From Iphione sp. A-MEVVRFRX5 (lineage: Eukaryota), in assembly GCA_976226885.1 (NCBI GenBank), contig OZ320315.1, positions 50,406,001 to 50,470,000 on the forward strand: a stretch of DNA of 64,000 nt, in the 5' to 3' direction. The notes beneath the pieces are model-generated. The model saw only the letters and a program-made list of their open reading frames with translations. It searched no databases and was not told where the DNA came from. Every line of letters begins with the position of its first letter. Position 1 is the first letter of the stretch. This document shows, piece after piece, positions 1 through 14,700 of this stretch. A program made the position numbers and the translations under genes.

Positions 1-1599
1 ATCTCATTGAAATACCACGGGCAAGCCCGTTCTATCAGCGAACTGTACCCACTCTACGCGTATATCGCGTAGATGATAAGGGTCTGGGTTGGGTCTCATG
101 GACCCAAGTGATGGTTCAAAACAAACCGTACCACACTGCATAGTAATCTGACATGAGTCATTTTGTGGCTAGCAAATCAAGCGTCACATCGCATCTCACA
201 TTGTGCCTGGATATTGGTCATTTGTACAAGTACATATGTTCATTTCATTAAGTCAACTAATGGTTGAGAGCACATATATAGCTATGAACCGATGCATGGA
301 GTTCATTGCTGTCCGAATATGTAAAACGTTAATGGTGATTTCATGCTACTTAAGTCATTTCATCTAGCTGAAGCTGATTAACAGATATTGTGACCATAAA
401 ATATGTTGTCCTGTCACACAGCGATGTGTCAATTCCTTATCCAATATTTACTTAGGACAAAATATACCATTAATAGCGTACCCTATGATCCCTTCCTATG
501 ATGAAGCCGTTTTGCCGTGGCTACAGTATCTTTATACAAAATAGTTTTCTTCCTACCCTTCCGTCAATTTTTCATGCTCAGAAATAGCTGACTCCCACGT
601 GCAGAATCTTTCTCACCATGTGTCCTCCATTATTTCATCATAGCATTCTTTATACTTCTGGCTGCTCTTCACTGTTTACGTTTCCTGATGTTTCTGGTAG
701 AGGTAGAAGACTGATTATTCATATTTGGCAGGCGTTGGGAAGATTTGTGTTCTTTTTTATTCTTGGTCTCTTCGGGGAGGATCGTATGATCATAATACAA
801 CTGTATGCTTCAATGCCCTTTCATCATGTAACCAGATCATCCACCATGGCATTCAGTGCCGGTATTCGTTGGGCGGCTTCCGGAGGAGCTGAGCCTCATT
901 TACCGTCTGGCATGGTTCATATCTATCTTGATCATCCCATCGAGAAGGGACCAGACTTGTAAAGTAAATTTGTGTCAAAAAGTATTTCGCAGTTAAGATA
1001 AAAGAAATAAGTAAGAGTTTGCCATGGTTGTTGTCGGTCGGTTTTAAAAAGTACAAGCACCTCCGGTACTAGTACCGGACGCGAGGAGAGTTTCTGCTTG
1101 GTTGAGTACAGATAAGGTGTCTGTTACATAACCAAGAGATAGTCCTACTCAGCCATGAAAAATGAAGACCCATGTATAATAAATGATTTCAATGATAGTT
1201 CATTAACACACAGAAAATGTGCATCAGTCTTCATCTTTCTTAAAATGATTTCTGAACACACGAATGAAAAAAAGTAATGTATTTCTTTTTGTCTTAGATC
1301 ATACAACAATGAGATTTGCACCCTTGGGTCCAACCATTTATCAGGCAATATTTTATATTATGTACATGTAGTGTAATTATTACAGTATCTAATGTCTTGA
1401 ACCGAGGCGTTGATACTGCTGCATTGTATTTTGACAATTACCACGTAGATGTATTCAAGCAGTTATTTATGGATACAAATGTATTGCCTTCATCTGTTTT
1501 TTTAATGGATCTTAGGTGTGACTAAAAAAACACAGATAGATCAAATGTTTAATGTACTGCAAAATAATTTAAACACGCCCTTGCTTGGTTTTTGCTCAG

Positions 1600-1705
1600 G
1601 GACATCAAAACGCTGAACATCTTCTTGACCAAGGCTGGCGTTGTTAAGCTTGGCGATTTTGGAATCTCACGTGTCCTAAGCAGTAAATCTCAGATGGCTG
1701 AGTCG
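1600..1705 (+). CDS. NEK9: NEK9 exon: (R)[35 protein letters not shown], catalytic loop and DFG
   Basis: Acceptor tttgctcag, donor gtaggt; kinase subdomains VIb-VII. Confidence 0.97.
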
Positions 1706-4700
1706 GTAGGTAAACCTTGAATCCAATTTAATTGCAGTTTTAAAAAGTGCCTTTTAATTACATCTTGTTTATAAAATTCGAGTGAAACGTGTTTTTCCAA
1801 AATATTCAAGAGTAGTTTTAAAAGGTTTCAGTGTGATATAAGTTAACATTATTGAATACTACAGCGATGGAATATTCAGTTGTTGATTGATAACTTTTCT
1901 TCCCTACAGTATGTCGGCACACCATATTACATGTCGCCGGAGTTGATAAAAGGAGAGCTGTAAGTGAACACCCATACATGTACATGTTTTGTTTTTTAAT
2001 GTTCTTTAATAGCAGATCACGTCGCGAGGTCTTTACTACTATGAAAAAAGAGTGCAATAATTATAGGGGAAATATTTACCAAATTCGGGTCATGACATTG
2101 CAAAGAGTTCATAAAAGCGAATCTGGCTTTGGCATTGCATGTTTTCTCACATGGATCAAGCATATGACCTCATTTTTATCACCAGAGTTTCATCCTCACT
2201 TGATCAATGTAATTTTGATATTAATGTCGTGTGGTGCAACCCCATTTATACTTGTCTTATTCCATTGTTAATTATATGCCAGAGACTGAAACGCCAAAGA
2301 TTTTTCTGTGCTTACACTTAAAACAAAGCATGGTGTCAATGAGCTTTTAACATACGTATCCAAAACCCACCGGGAAAATCCGCAGCACATCCTTCAAAGA
2401 GTGTAGCTCAAACGGGATTTTAAAAAGACAAAGAAAAATTGTTTTATTTACTTTCCTCACAGGTACAACCAGAAGAGCGATATCTGGGCCACAGGGTGTG
2501 TACTGTACGAGCTCCTCACACTCACTAAAGTTTTCCAAGCCACGGTAGGTACAAACTAACTCAGACACGCTCATAACGATACTCCATCCCTGTTACTTTG
2601 TTGCGCTCGTCAATACCTCGCTCTAGACCTGCAACACGCTGTGCTCATACATCTATAGACTCAGCAGTGTTACGCATAAGCACGCATTGATGTTACTATT
2701 GACAGAATACATCAGTGCAGTTATTGTCCGATGTACTCTAGTTGTCATACCTATATCGATCACAAGCAGAACGAATGTTTCCAACAGATGCTTGAACAGT
2801 AGTTTTGCTTAACATCTGGTCGTTGACCTTAAAAAGGCCATGGAGGCGATGTTCATGCAGACATATCCTTATTTGAGTCCTCTATATCAGGAACCATTAT
2901 AGATTGTACTCATATTTGTGGAGCATATTTAAATATGTTTGAAGTGAACAACGGAAAATCCTCGTGTGATGCATCCTATTGGAGGTGACTGGGAAAAGCA
3001 ATTTTAATGGATATTTGTCGGTGGAAATGTATAAATCACCCATGACACAGAAGCAGGACTGGGCAATTGTCGCTATGTCGCAAAAAATATGTGACAGAGA
3101 CATTAAAAAATGCGACAAATGTTCCAGAATAAGAACTTAAACTTTTGAAAAATTAAAGTGTTTTTACCACACAGATGTTAAAAAATGCGACAACTTTTCT
3201 TTGGGTGCCCAGCCCTGAGAAGAAGGGTGTGTAACAAAGAACACCACGAGCAGGTTCTTCAATCGTCCAGCCTTTATTTCTGAAGCAGCATCACAGGTTA
3301 CACGGTCGTCTCTGGCGGGTCCCAACAAGGACGCGCAACTCTCTCCTTATATACCAAACAGTGACGTAAACAACGCTACGAAAGTATGCAAAGCCCGCCG
3401 CGCTATCAGCAGCGGAAATCTCATTTAGACAGCACACGATTGATCACCCATTGTGTCAACTCCAACTAGCGACAATACCGCATGCCTCTACTGATAATAC
3501 CTCGTTAATTGTAATGGTCACTTCGTTAACAAGATAAGGAACAACCTGTTTACAAGTTAGGCATCACGTACGCCAATCGAAAATTTTAACTGCGTCTCCA
3601 GTAAAAGGCCCTTCTTTAACACGTATAATTGTACACTATACACAACACAGTATGCCCTTTTCTAATGCATATATTCTTAACTCATTCTAGTACTGTGTTA
3701 CAGGTGGCTGTCACAAATATTTGTTCTTTTACGCAAAGTAGAAGTACTATATAACATACCCAAGTGAAATTTACGTTAATCATCTCCCGTTTTGCTGATA
3801 TCGACAATGCTATCATTGATTAACGGTTGTATGTAGAGGTTCTTGTTGCCCTGTGGTGGAACACTAGCGACATCTGATGAAATGAATGGGAGTTATACTG
3901 GGAGACAGACGGGTTTGCACCTGAACTGATGAGAAAATAGTATTTAATTTCAAGCACTATAACTTTAGTATAACTCTAACGTTAATGTTTCATATTCATA
4001 TTCAAATTTCCGGAATCATAGATATAAGGATGTAATACATGTACTAGAATTACTAGTGACGCTAGTCGGAATTGACGTTGCATGATTATACTCTTATTGT
4101 TCTTGAGTGTTGAGATTAGTAAATCTTCCCGCAGTTAGCGCTGTGGAAGGTACACATGAAGAAAATAGCGTTCTGCGAAATAATAACAAATAATGAAGAT
4201 AATGGCTTCCAGCTCCCATGCTAGATATTAGTGGGTAATGAAGACCACTGAGGCGCGAAAACACATCTGTTGTGTCCGCTTCAAGACGGACAGTGAAGTG
4301 GATGCTTACAACCGTGCTGGCTTTGGAATGTAAGGCCAGATGGCTGGAGGATGTCTAAGAACTTGGTGAACGCCCAGGGGAGGGATGTAGGTTGAGACCT
4401 TCACGTATGACGCGCCAATTCTGTCTGTCTGTCTGTCTGTCTATTGACACAAAATTGATTCCACTGAAGGTCTTGCCAGTATGGTATGCATGTTTCGTCG
4501 AACTAGACGTCGAAGGACCACAATTTGTAAAAAAAATAATTTTATAAAATAATTTCTATTTGACTCTTGAAGAGATGGTCTGTGGTGCGTCACTCTCCTG
4601 GAGCGTTATGCATCATCCACAGCTGCCAATTATCAGTGTTTTTATTACCATTTGTCTCCATCTCGTTTCGTGACTGCGTTTTTCTGATGCAATCTAGGAT

Positions 4701-5708
4701 AACAGGCTGTGATCAAAACGTTTCACAGGAACATAACCTAGATGCAGTTCTCATGTTTGTTGTCTGGAGCCTGTTCCCCTCGTTCAGTATAGAAACAGCA
4801 CCATACCGACAAAATGAAGTATGTTTTGTTTTCAGTAGTCTTTGTCAACCTCCTCGAATCTATCAAATGTATTTTTCTTTCTTCTTTATCTTAGCTTGGT
4901 CCCTTTGTGCGTCTTTGTCAGTCTTCGAAATAGCAGCCAAAGGATTTCTTTACATGTCTGTTTTTTGTTCACAAAGTCTACATTACAGAACAGGAAAATT
5001 TGTAGGGAAGTTCACCTGATACTTAAAACACGATACGATTACATGGACATATACAAGACAGACTTAACCATGCATGTATGTATGTATCAGTATGAATGTG
5101 TGATCCAGTGTGTTTAATATATGGCATTGAATGCTCTTTCATGACAAGGTTTTCCTGTCATAGAGCCCCCCTGGGAGAAGTCGCCGTCTTATTGACGTGG
5201 ATGAAAGAAACCAAACCATTGGACAAAAATGCACACTCAGATACGTCATTTAGTCATGGTAGGAATCACGTTTGAGAAAATGCATACTAGACCCCAATGA
5301 GTTACCTAATATACGGGTAGCTTGCGCGGATTGTCATAAATCTAGACATGCAACATCCTTCGCGACACGAAATTTGAGTCCGCGAAAGTTAAGTGTTTGG
5401 ATGCCTCGGGCCACTGGAGCGAGTCGACCTTTCGGCACACACTCCCTGACGAGAAGAAGGTGCAACTGGCTGGGAAGGACTGGTGGGTTAAGGTAGAGAT
5501 AGGTTGGCAGGAGAGGCATACGGACTGATAGGGTCTGTGGATCTATGGAGAAAAACGTGGTCTGTTCCACTGATCTGATATTTTCTTACCGCAACTCGTA
5601 GGATTTTAACCACGTCTGCGACACACGAATAGTCAAGATTAAGAACTTGATCCTACTTACTAAAGGTTGGAACATCATGGCATCAGGTAAGAAATAGTTA
5701 TTAGCTGA

Positions 5709-5759
<51 letters not shown>

Positions 5760-8700
5760 TGAGAGAGGCAGACAGACACAAATAGACAAATCGACAGAAC
5801 CAGACAGTGCAGCAGACAGAAACAGACAGAAAAGAAGAGATGAGAGAGAGGCTACAGTTGCGAGTATTTTAAGGAACATGTGGATGAGAATTTTTCAGGA
5901 ATATTTTCCCAGAAGCTAACACTACGTCGACATTTGTGTCGTGATCTGCTAGTTTGTTTTTTGATGGTTTGCAATAGCAATTCGTGGTTCCTAGAACTTC
6001 AAACATTCTACGGCAGCGTAAATACAGCGAACATTTCTGCAGCAAACGTTATCCACTGTGCATTTAACAGCATGGGACGACTGGCGTTGAGCGTCTCTTT
6101 GCACGCTAGAGTGGTTTGGGTAAGACGCCGGGACTGACGCTCACAAAAGCTATGTACTTTTTGCTTCTTTCTGCCATACGTCCAAACTGTTGCCCGGTTC
6201 CATCCACGGGAGGAGTGTCGTTATAAATACAACGTTTGGCCAGTGATGATTCAGCCGAAAGTTCTCAAATAGAACTGCTAATGCGCACAGAATACTTCAG
6301 GTGCAAGTTACCATGGCCCCTGGACGGCTGTCCATAATAGGTAAAAACTCTTGTTTAATGTAGTCCTTTGGGTGAGGATACGTGTCCAGATGTCGGTACG
6401 TCTGTAATTCATAGCGTCGTCCATTAAAAAAGAATTTTGTTGAAGGATTACTTTTTTCTCTAATGGTCTAATGACACATTTCCCTGCACGGCCAAATACA
6501 TGGATGAGTATCGTATACTTTACTTAATAGTGACAGGGAAGGGGACACATAAAAATCCAGGAAACATGAAAATGATGGTGTCTTAGGGTGACGGAGGTCT
6601 ATATGTTTTCGTGGACTGCTGAGAACCCATTTTTCTTGTAACGGACATTGATAGAAACAAAACAGGTCAAAAGCTAACATGATGATTGTAGGTTGAATCT
6701 TAAGAAAAAACAACAAAGCACATGTACATAGTACTTAGCAAGAACAACTACCAAAGGCATCAATTTAATAATTAGAATCTTGCTATATGAAGAAAATCAA
6801 AAGTATACATTTTTGTTTTATATCTGGACTAACCTTTACATTGTTCGATATTATTCCTACTTCAGAATCCACTCAAACTGGCCCATGAGATCGTCATGGC
6901 AGAAATTTCGGCCATAGACCCTCGCTATTCACAAGACGTGTGCATCCTTTTAAATGACATGTTACAGAAGGTAGGCCCACCTATTTAACGTCTTCTTTGT
7001 TTGTTTGTGTTCTGTTTGCTATCTCGATATAACAAAAATGTGCGTTGAAGAGATCATTCAGATTATTTGTTCTGGGCATTAATAGGTCACAGGCATAAAC
7101 GATGTTATTTTAACTACCATATAATTCTATGACATCATCCGCAGTTCACCATACCGGTACGCAATATCTTAAGTATCTGCCTGATTTGGTACAGTAAAGT
7201 GGAATCTTTCGTTTAGGAACTTTAAGACATTACTTGAATTCTTCACTTGTAAACTTTAGGTAAATATGGAATAAGTCCGATTTGAATTGTGCGCATTTTA
7301 TCTCTCTCACACAAGACGTCACCACCATAAACCCGTGCACCTGGCTGGAGATTCTCTGTTGCCCATGCAGCGGTTGGATCAGGTAGAAAGCATTGAAGCG
7401 CACCAAGACGCATGTCCGAACACGCATCATCAGCCATATAACACTGAATTATTTACTCAAATATCATACCTCTGGTGCCTTCGTTAAAAAAAATGATCAA
7501 ATACATTCGCTATTTAACAGATTTCGTCTCAATTAAAATAAGTTAAACAAGAAAAATCAGGAACAATGTATAACACATAATCCTTTGAATAAACTGTGAC
7601 TCACTCTTACGTCAGTCACATAAATATAATGAACCCCGACTGAGGTGATGAATAAAAGGAGACTTTCTCATTGACGTCGATCGTATTGTTGTAAAGAAGA
7701 CGATGACTATACCCTGACCCGCATGACGCACGTTATCGTTCATGGCACAACCCAATGTTTGTTTATACGAGCCACGCAAACCTCTATTACCTCTAACATT
7801 TGCTCCTAGTCCCATCCTCCCTCCCACCCACACACCCTCCCTCCCACCCCCGCCCCTCGTCCAGCTTTCCACCGTCCTTCTCTTTGCCTCCCTCGATCCT
7901 CAAGTGCCTCCAGGCGGGCGCTGGGGGAAGGCGAACCTGCCCTCTCATGTTTATCACACCTGTGCGTCCCAGTGACGGGTGCTGCGCAAGTTCTGCCAGG
8001 AGGAATATGTGGGTTTTAGTCGGGACAAGAGTAGCCAGAAGTTTCTAACGTAGGTTCTGTACGTGTAGGACTACCTTGATTGTCGATCGCCATACCTAAC
8101 GTCATAATGGAACACTGAAGTAACGTACGTGCTGGTGGACGATTTCTAGCATTGATCAGAATTCGTCGTCAAACATGCTTTCTCACAGCTTCTGAACCCA
8201 GAATATCCATAAGACTGCAAACAGACGTTCTCATATGACTGTAAGGTTAGGAGATTATATGTGTCCGTCTGTTTCTTTCGTACTATCGCATATATGCCCT
8301 ATACATGCGCTATGCATTTATGTACTACATATGTTAGGACCTTTGGGTCTGTTTGGCATGTGTACGAGTTTGCAGTTAATTGAAGGGAGTGGCCATGTTC
8401 ATCCTGTTTCTCCAACAAACATTTCCTGACGCATCAGTTTCTCTGAACAGTTCATTGACTCATCAGTATCCTTCTCCCGGCTTTGCAGGACCCTGAGCGA
8501 AGACCGACAGCCGAGCAGCTTTTGAAATACTCCATTCTTCTCGACGTCGCCAAGTGAGTTGACTAACCTACACAAATCCTCGCATCTTACAACGCATAAA
8601 TCATATTAAGTCAGATGCACGGTCTATGTACACTAAAAAGGTGGACTTTAACTTCTAAGCTGGTTACCAATGCATTGAAGTCGGGGTAAACTGTGTGATT

Positions 8701-11700
8701 ACTCAGAACAGCCTCACCTGGTGGTACAAAGCTGGCAGACTGCCATGTCTGACTTGTTTCATCGCACCGTATATTGACTTGTGCGTAGATGGCGATAAAT
8801 CCCCCATAGTACTTGTATGTACACTCACGCAAAACGCCTAGCAAGGGGAATAGGAAGTCAAAGCTAGCTGACACTATTGATTGGATCTTGCCGCCGTCAT
8901 TCATACTCTCAGTTGATCATATTTTGATTAATATGGAATAGAGGAAGATAACTACACGCAGTGTTTGGCCTCGGAACCTAAGTTCTTTTCTGTCCTCGTC
9001 ATACATGTACAGGTACATTGATCACTTTTTTTTTCATACACGGGTTCACTTATAGCGAAGGCTTGAACACGAAGTCAGCGAATTGTAAAAATAACTCCGT
9101 AGATGTTTATTTGTTACCTTTTGCGTAACTGTGGCTCATATACGTACCCAAAAAAGGAAACGCCACAGTACAGTTTTTTTGGCTATATTTCTTGTAAAAT
9201 CATGTTATTCAAATCGCCTTTTGGATGCAAGACAGTTAATATGTAATTATCTTATTTAAATATTGTATTCATCGCTTGTCCCAAGGCACGTACAGCGGAA
9301 TAGTGCTATTACGTTCACATCTTTGGCCCAGTACCATATATTTTCCTTATATGATATGTATCCATCGCTTTGCGGCTGCGTTTTTTTTTTTTGTAGAATC
9401 CGATTATCTAGTACCTAGAACTGCCTGCATGAGCTATATTGGCGCATGTGTGTCTGACTCCAGCCCAAAGAATGGGTCATGCAAGGTCGCTAATCACGCT
9501 AGTAACATGAGCACTGTGTAGCTATTTGAAGACCCATTGCCACTCCCAACTCAGCACATTTAACACTCATACTTTTTATTTTCTATTACGTTTTGTAAAT
9601 ACTTCATGCCCATTTGGCACATGTGTATAGATAACAATGTTAAGTAGCCTTCGGGGAAAAAAAGGTCCGTCTTGGCACATCTATCGTAAACAAACCCAGC
9701 AGTTTCTCATTCGTTCTGTCTTCTGTACAGTGAGTTCAGTTCTCGCGTATGGCAGTTAAACTCGGCCTCTAGAAGAGCTAGGATGTCCACGACAACTTCG
9801 GCCGATATCCTTCCAGTAGTCACCTCTAAGTCCAGCGAGGTGAGCTCCCATATATTCTTATATTAAGTGTGCTAACTAAAGTATACATGTATGCCCTTTG
9901 GAGTCATCTCTTATTTCTTCATTGGTCTTAACTTACATGTAAGCATGTAGCATTTACCATATTTTCACGACCATAATGCTGTGTAGAGTCACGGCATTGT
10001 CGTAACATGTTCTTCATGAAGCACCCTGGTGGCTTGCTAAAGTTCAGTCAAACTGGGAAGATTCCCAACCTGAAAAAAACACACTACACGTGGACATGGC
10101 ACAGAGGACATGCTACATACAAACATACATGTATACATGTATACATACATATACATACATACGTGGAAGTCATTCAGTAAAAAACCATAGCCCCCCCCCC
10201 AAAAAAAAACAGCGTGACATCCCACTGCCACACCTATGCAAACAAGCGCACATGGAAAGGAAACTTTCTGTCTTTTGGGTAATGATAGGATAGCCACCTG
10301 CAGACGTGTCTCGATACAGTTTCCTGTATGATTTTGAAAGTTAAAACCGAAGATGCATCCACATCTGACTGCTTACATATTATGTTGCAGGCCTACTTTT
10401 GGGGCGGTGGAAAGGCTACCCCGCAAAAACTTGAGATATTTATTAAAGGACGGAGTGCATTACAGGTAACGATATGCGAATATATGTTTCAAAATGCATG
10501 TACAGATAGGTGCTATGATAATACAATATTCAGAAAACGTACGATAATTTGCCTGTGGTACTTTCATGTAATTTTGGAAGAACGTACTCACTGCGACATT
10601 ACCGCATTGATTTTCTGCTGCACAAATGCATAGATGACTATTTGCTGTCATTGATACACTTTGCTTTCTCCAGGTGGCAGCAGGTATTTCTCATTTCGCT
10701 GTGGTCACCGTTGAAAACGAGTTATACACATGGGCTGTAAGTAATATTTCATCTTTCTAGACGATTATGGTGTAAACGTTTCTCCCGCAACCTCTGAACA
10801 TGTCAGTAATATTTTCCTATAATTGTAATTCATACACTGTATACAGTGGAAAGCCACCTTAGGGACACATCTCCAATAGGGACATGTCTCTAATAGAGAC
10901 ACTTTTTGGGAAGAACAGATTCTATTTGTTCTATACGAAAAGAAGTCTCTAATAGGGACACATCTCAAATAGGGACACTTTGGGACAGAACCAAGGCTGT
11001 CCTGATTGGAGGCTTTCCATTGTATATCCATTTTAAGGTGGCCAATTAACAAATGATAAAGGCATCTTCTTAAAGCTTGGCATAATATGATATACATGTA
11101 TGCACTTGCTTTTAGTTCAAATTATAACTTGATGATGATGTAGTCAAAGAAGTGCAGATAGTGGGAAGGGTTCTAGTGTGGAATGTCTGCAAGACGAGTC
11201 ACAATTAATCTGCTTTTTAAGATGTGCGTCCACATGTATTTGTCTGAATAGGTATGGAAAAAATGTTCCCCGCAGCTCTCTCTTCCTATCCTTTTAAAGA
11301 AAACGAAATCAGACATTTCAATCATGAAGCTTAAAAAGAAAGGATGTGCTAGAATGTCGAGAATATTCTCATTCAATACGGATGATTCTGCAGAACGCAC
11401 AAGGGAGTGCCTCCATGGTGGGCCAGCTGGGCCACGGAGACACGGCGGCCTACAAGGCACCTAGGAAGGTCGAGTCTTTCGACGGCATCCCTGTCACACA
11501 AGTGGCCTGTGGCGAGGACTTCACAGTCTGTGTCACAGGTGAGTCTTCCTATGTTGATCAAATGCAAAATTGTCTTCTTGTTCCATCACCTATGGTTAGG
11601 AAATTTACCTTTGCTGTAATCCAACAACGCTCTGATCCGCATGTTGTGTGCCATCCAACCGAACCTTGCGGACATTATCTCCTCTGAAACTAACATTGAC

Positions 11701-14700
11701 CTGCGTTTAAAATGTAGGCAAAATACCCGTACACATAGTTCTTTTTCTGCGTACTCATTTTGGAGATAATCATCACAGAAACCGAAGAGGTGTTGAACAC
11801 ATTTTTGTTTGTCTACATGATGATGCCTTGGCAGTGTGGAGCTATTATACGTACTGCTATTATGTGCGGCCAAAGGAGACGAGGACGATTTTTTTTATAT
11901 CTGTATTTTCACTAGAAAAATGTACAGAGTTGTATGTAAACCCAGTATTAACCAGTTTTTCTTATTCCATACAATGAGTGAATCAAATGAGGATGTGATG
12001 AGATGTTCGAAAAAGCACATAGGTGTGTGATAGGGAACACCAATAGTAAATCTGGTATAGGTTTCATATCTGACGCAAAGAGTTGTAGATCAAACAAATA
12101 AATGGTCTTTGATATCCTAAGAATATCATGGCCTAGCTATATGTGTAGTGTCGCAGTCTGAACTAGATAACACCCTTTAGGTGATACAGTATGATCATAA
12201 CAAGTCCAAGGTGTGGTGGCATCGCCCCTCACACCCATCACTGCAATTTCTAGTGGGGATGCAGTAAATAACATGACCCTGTCTAAAATACCCCTGTTAT
12301 TTCTGCCAATCCACACTCAAAAGCCCACTTACTATATGTTCAGGGTGGCTTAAAACTCAACATGTTTTGCCTACTAAATTTCCTGATGTAATTTCTGAAC
12401 CTGTTTTATCCAAGTTTGTCACCCAGGCTTTGCAAGCCATTATTTATCACCATAATTGTAGAACTACTTGATTCATCTATGCGTCTGAAGACCTGTACAT
12501 ATCCGTGGACGTTGCAGTTTACATTAGGGATATAACAACATACCTTTTACAAACTTTTAGGAGAGGGTGCAGTCTACTCCTTTGGTTCGGATTACTACGG
12601 CTGTCTGGGCTGCGACAACCAGGAGGGGGAGGAAGTGTGCACACCTGTGCTAGTTGACTTCTTCTCCTCCAGGCCTGTCATCCAAATCTCCTGTGGAGAC
12701 GCTCACGTGGTAGCTCTCACTCGCGACTTCGAGGTCTATACATGGGGATGCGGTGAATTTGGTAAGCTATTTGTTGTTGTTCCTTTTCTTTCTTGCTTTT
12801 TTTTCTTTCTTCTTCTTTCTTCTAATTCTTCATCTTCTCATCAGCTCAGGTGTTCCGTAGTGACCACAGGAACCATTGCCATCTTGTGTGACCTTGTGTG
12901 TGATCTTATAAAAGTATTATTGAATGTTTATATATTGATAGTCCTTTTCTGATACATGTAGGCTTTTAATGAAGTTGTCACACACCACACTGTCCCACTG
13001 AAGTGGAGTTTCCATTCCGCTGCATTTGGATGTATTTGACTCATTCCACCCAAAAATGTACCAGCTGTAATCTCTGGGACTATTGAAAACTACAGGGAAG
13101 AATTATTTTATTATGCTAAAAAAATCAGGACATATTCCTGATACCCCCTAGACCCAGCCATAACAAAAAGACTCAAAATATGAAATTTAACTTTGATTTT
13201 TACTAGAAAAACATGATCCCCGAGATTAACGCATGGTACACTTTTTGGGTGGAATGAGTCATTTCCTCCATTTTTTCTGTACAGATACATGTATTTTCAG
13301 TAAGGAAATGTATGCTCTGTTAGTCAATTTTCAGTTAAGTGAGTTTCATTAGAGCGTTTGTGCATGTACCTGTGCATACCAAAAAAATATATTCAGGCGT
13401 ACAGACACATAGGCATGGGTCCGATTATCGCACATAGAGACCAACAATTTGGCAGAGAAATACAGTTACATAGGAACTGGTTCTGGTTGTTGTACTAGCA
13501 TTCGGATAGACACAAAGTACATTTGGCTATACCTGATGTTTTCAAAGATATCTGTGCAGCCATAAAGCACAATTCTTTAGATTCAGTCCTTTCTTAGATC
13601 CAAATGTACATATACATACATCAGTGCCTACATTCTCGCTCTCACAGTCTCTCACCACCTTTCTCGAAAAACGCACGTGCCATTAAATTATACCCATCTT
13701 TGCATCTCCCCGAACTATATATGCTATTTCCATGCACAATTCAATGAACCTAACCCCCTCCACCCCATACGACCGTTTTAGTCGAGCCAATACCCGCGTG
13801 TACGTGTACAACCGGGGCATCTATACATGTATACATCCCATTTAGGTAGTATGTGTACTTGTATATATCATTAGCCTACATTTTACCCTTCAATTATTTT
13901 GCAGGGCGGCTGGGTCTAGGCTCCGAGGACGACCACGCCCTGCCGCAGCGGGTTCAGACCCGCGGTCGGCACGCCATCAAAGCCGTCGAAGCGGGCGCCG
14001 ACGGCACCTTCCTGCTCAACATCAATGGCCGCCTGCAGGCTTGCGGCAGCAACGAGCACAACAAGCTGGGCTTCAACAGCACCGCTCAGGGGCTCCGAAA
14101 GCGAACCGAGCAGGTACATGTACACCGCTGCTCCCTCTAGGGATGAATGGGACCAGGGTGTCATTCTCTCACGATGCATTATACCAACCCCACAGTGATA
14201 GAAAGAGGAAAGCGGACTGGTTTATACTTCCTCTCCATGTCTTTGTTTTTTCCCATTGACAGCGATTTCCATACTGATGATAATTGTGTTTATGACTGAC
14301 TTTTAAATAATTTTCTGGTGAACATGTTTTCATCCGCTTTACAAAGTTCTGATGGATTTCATTGGGCTGAGTTGGAAGCACAGGTATATTAAGTAGGTAG
14401 GACCAATGAAAATTCTTCGCAAATAAATATGTTACAGATCCATTCATGAGTAGCGGCGGTATAATGTAGTTAATGCAGGAAGCTGTAGGTTCATTCCTCG
14501 TGGTAATCATCTAATTGAAATCTATGCACCTGCATTTCTAGATTTCATACGATATACCTTACAAGACGACATTTTCAACGGTGAAGCCGCTGAGCAAGCA
14601 TCACGTTGTTGCCGTGTCAGCGGGCCGCACACACGCCGCAGCCATCGATGGTAATTAAGATGATTTCAGAGAGAAAAAAACGCTTGATTTTGTATTTCAT

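Noticed and set aside
618-962. Possible EnSpm/CACTA transposase scrap on the minus strand (PALNAMVDDLV..KGIEAYS)
   Set aside because: Only one short, stop-interrupted resemblance, with no TIR or further motifs.
5586-5879. ORFs with SLSLSL runs (also 24545-24809)
   Set aside because: Translation artefacts of (GA/CT)n microsatellites.
7595-7780. LTR-like stretch (TGTGAC.., TATA-like, AATAAA)
   Set aside because: No matching ..CA end with a TSD could be found.
8420-8475. Hammerhead-ribozyme-like CTGATGA...GAAAC on the minus strand
   Set aside because: Stem II lacks the G-C closing pair, there is no UH cleavage triplet, and stem I does not pair. Other CTGATGA sites also failed.
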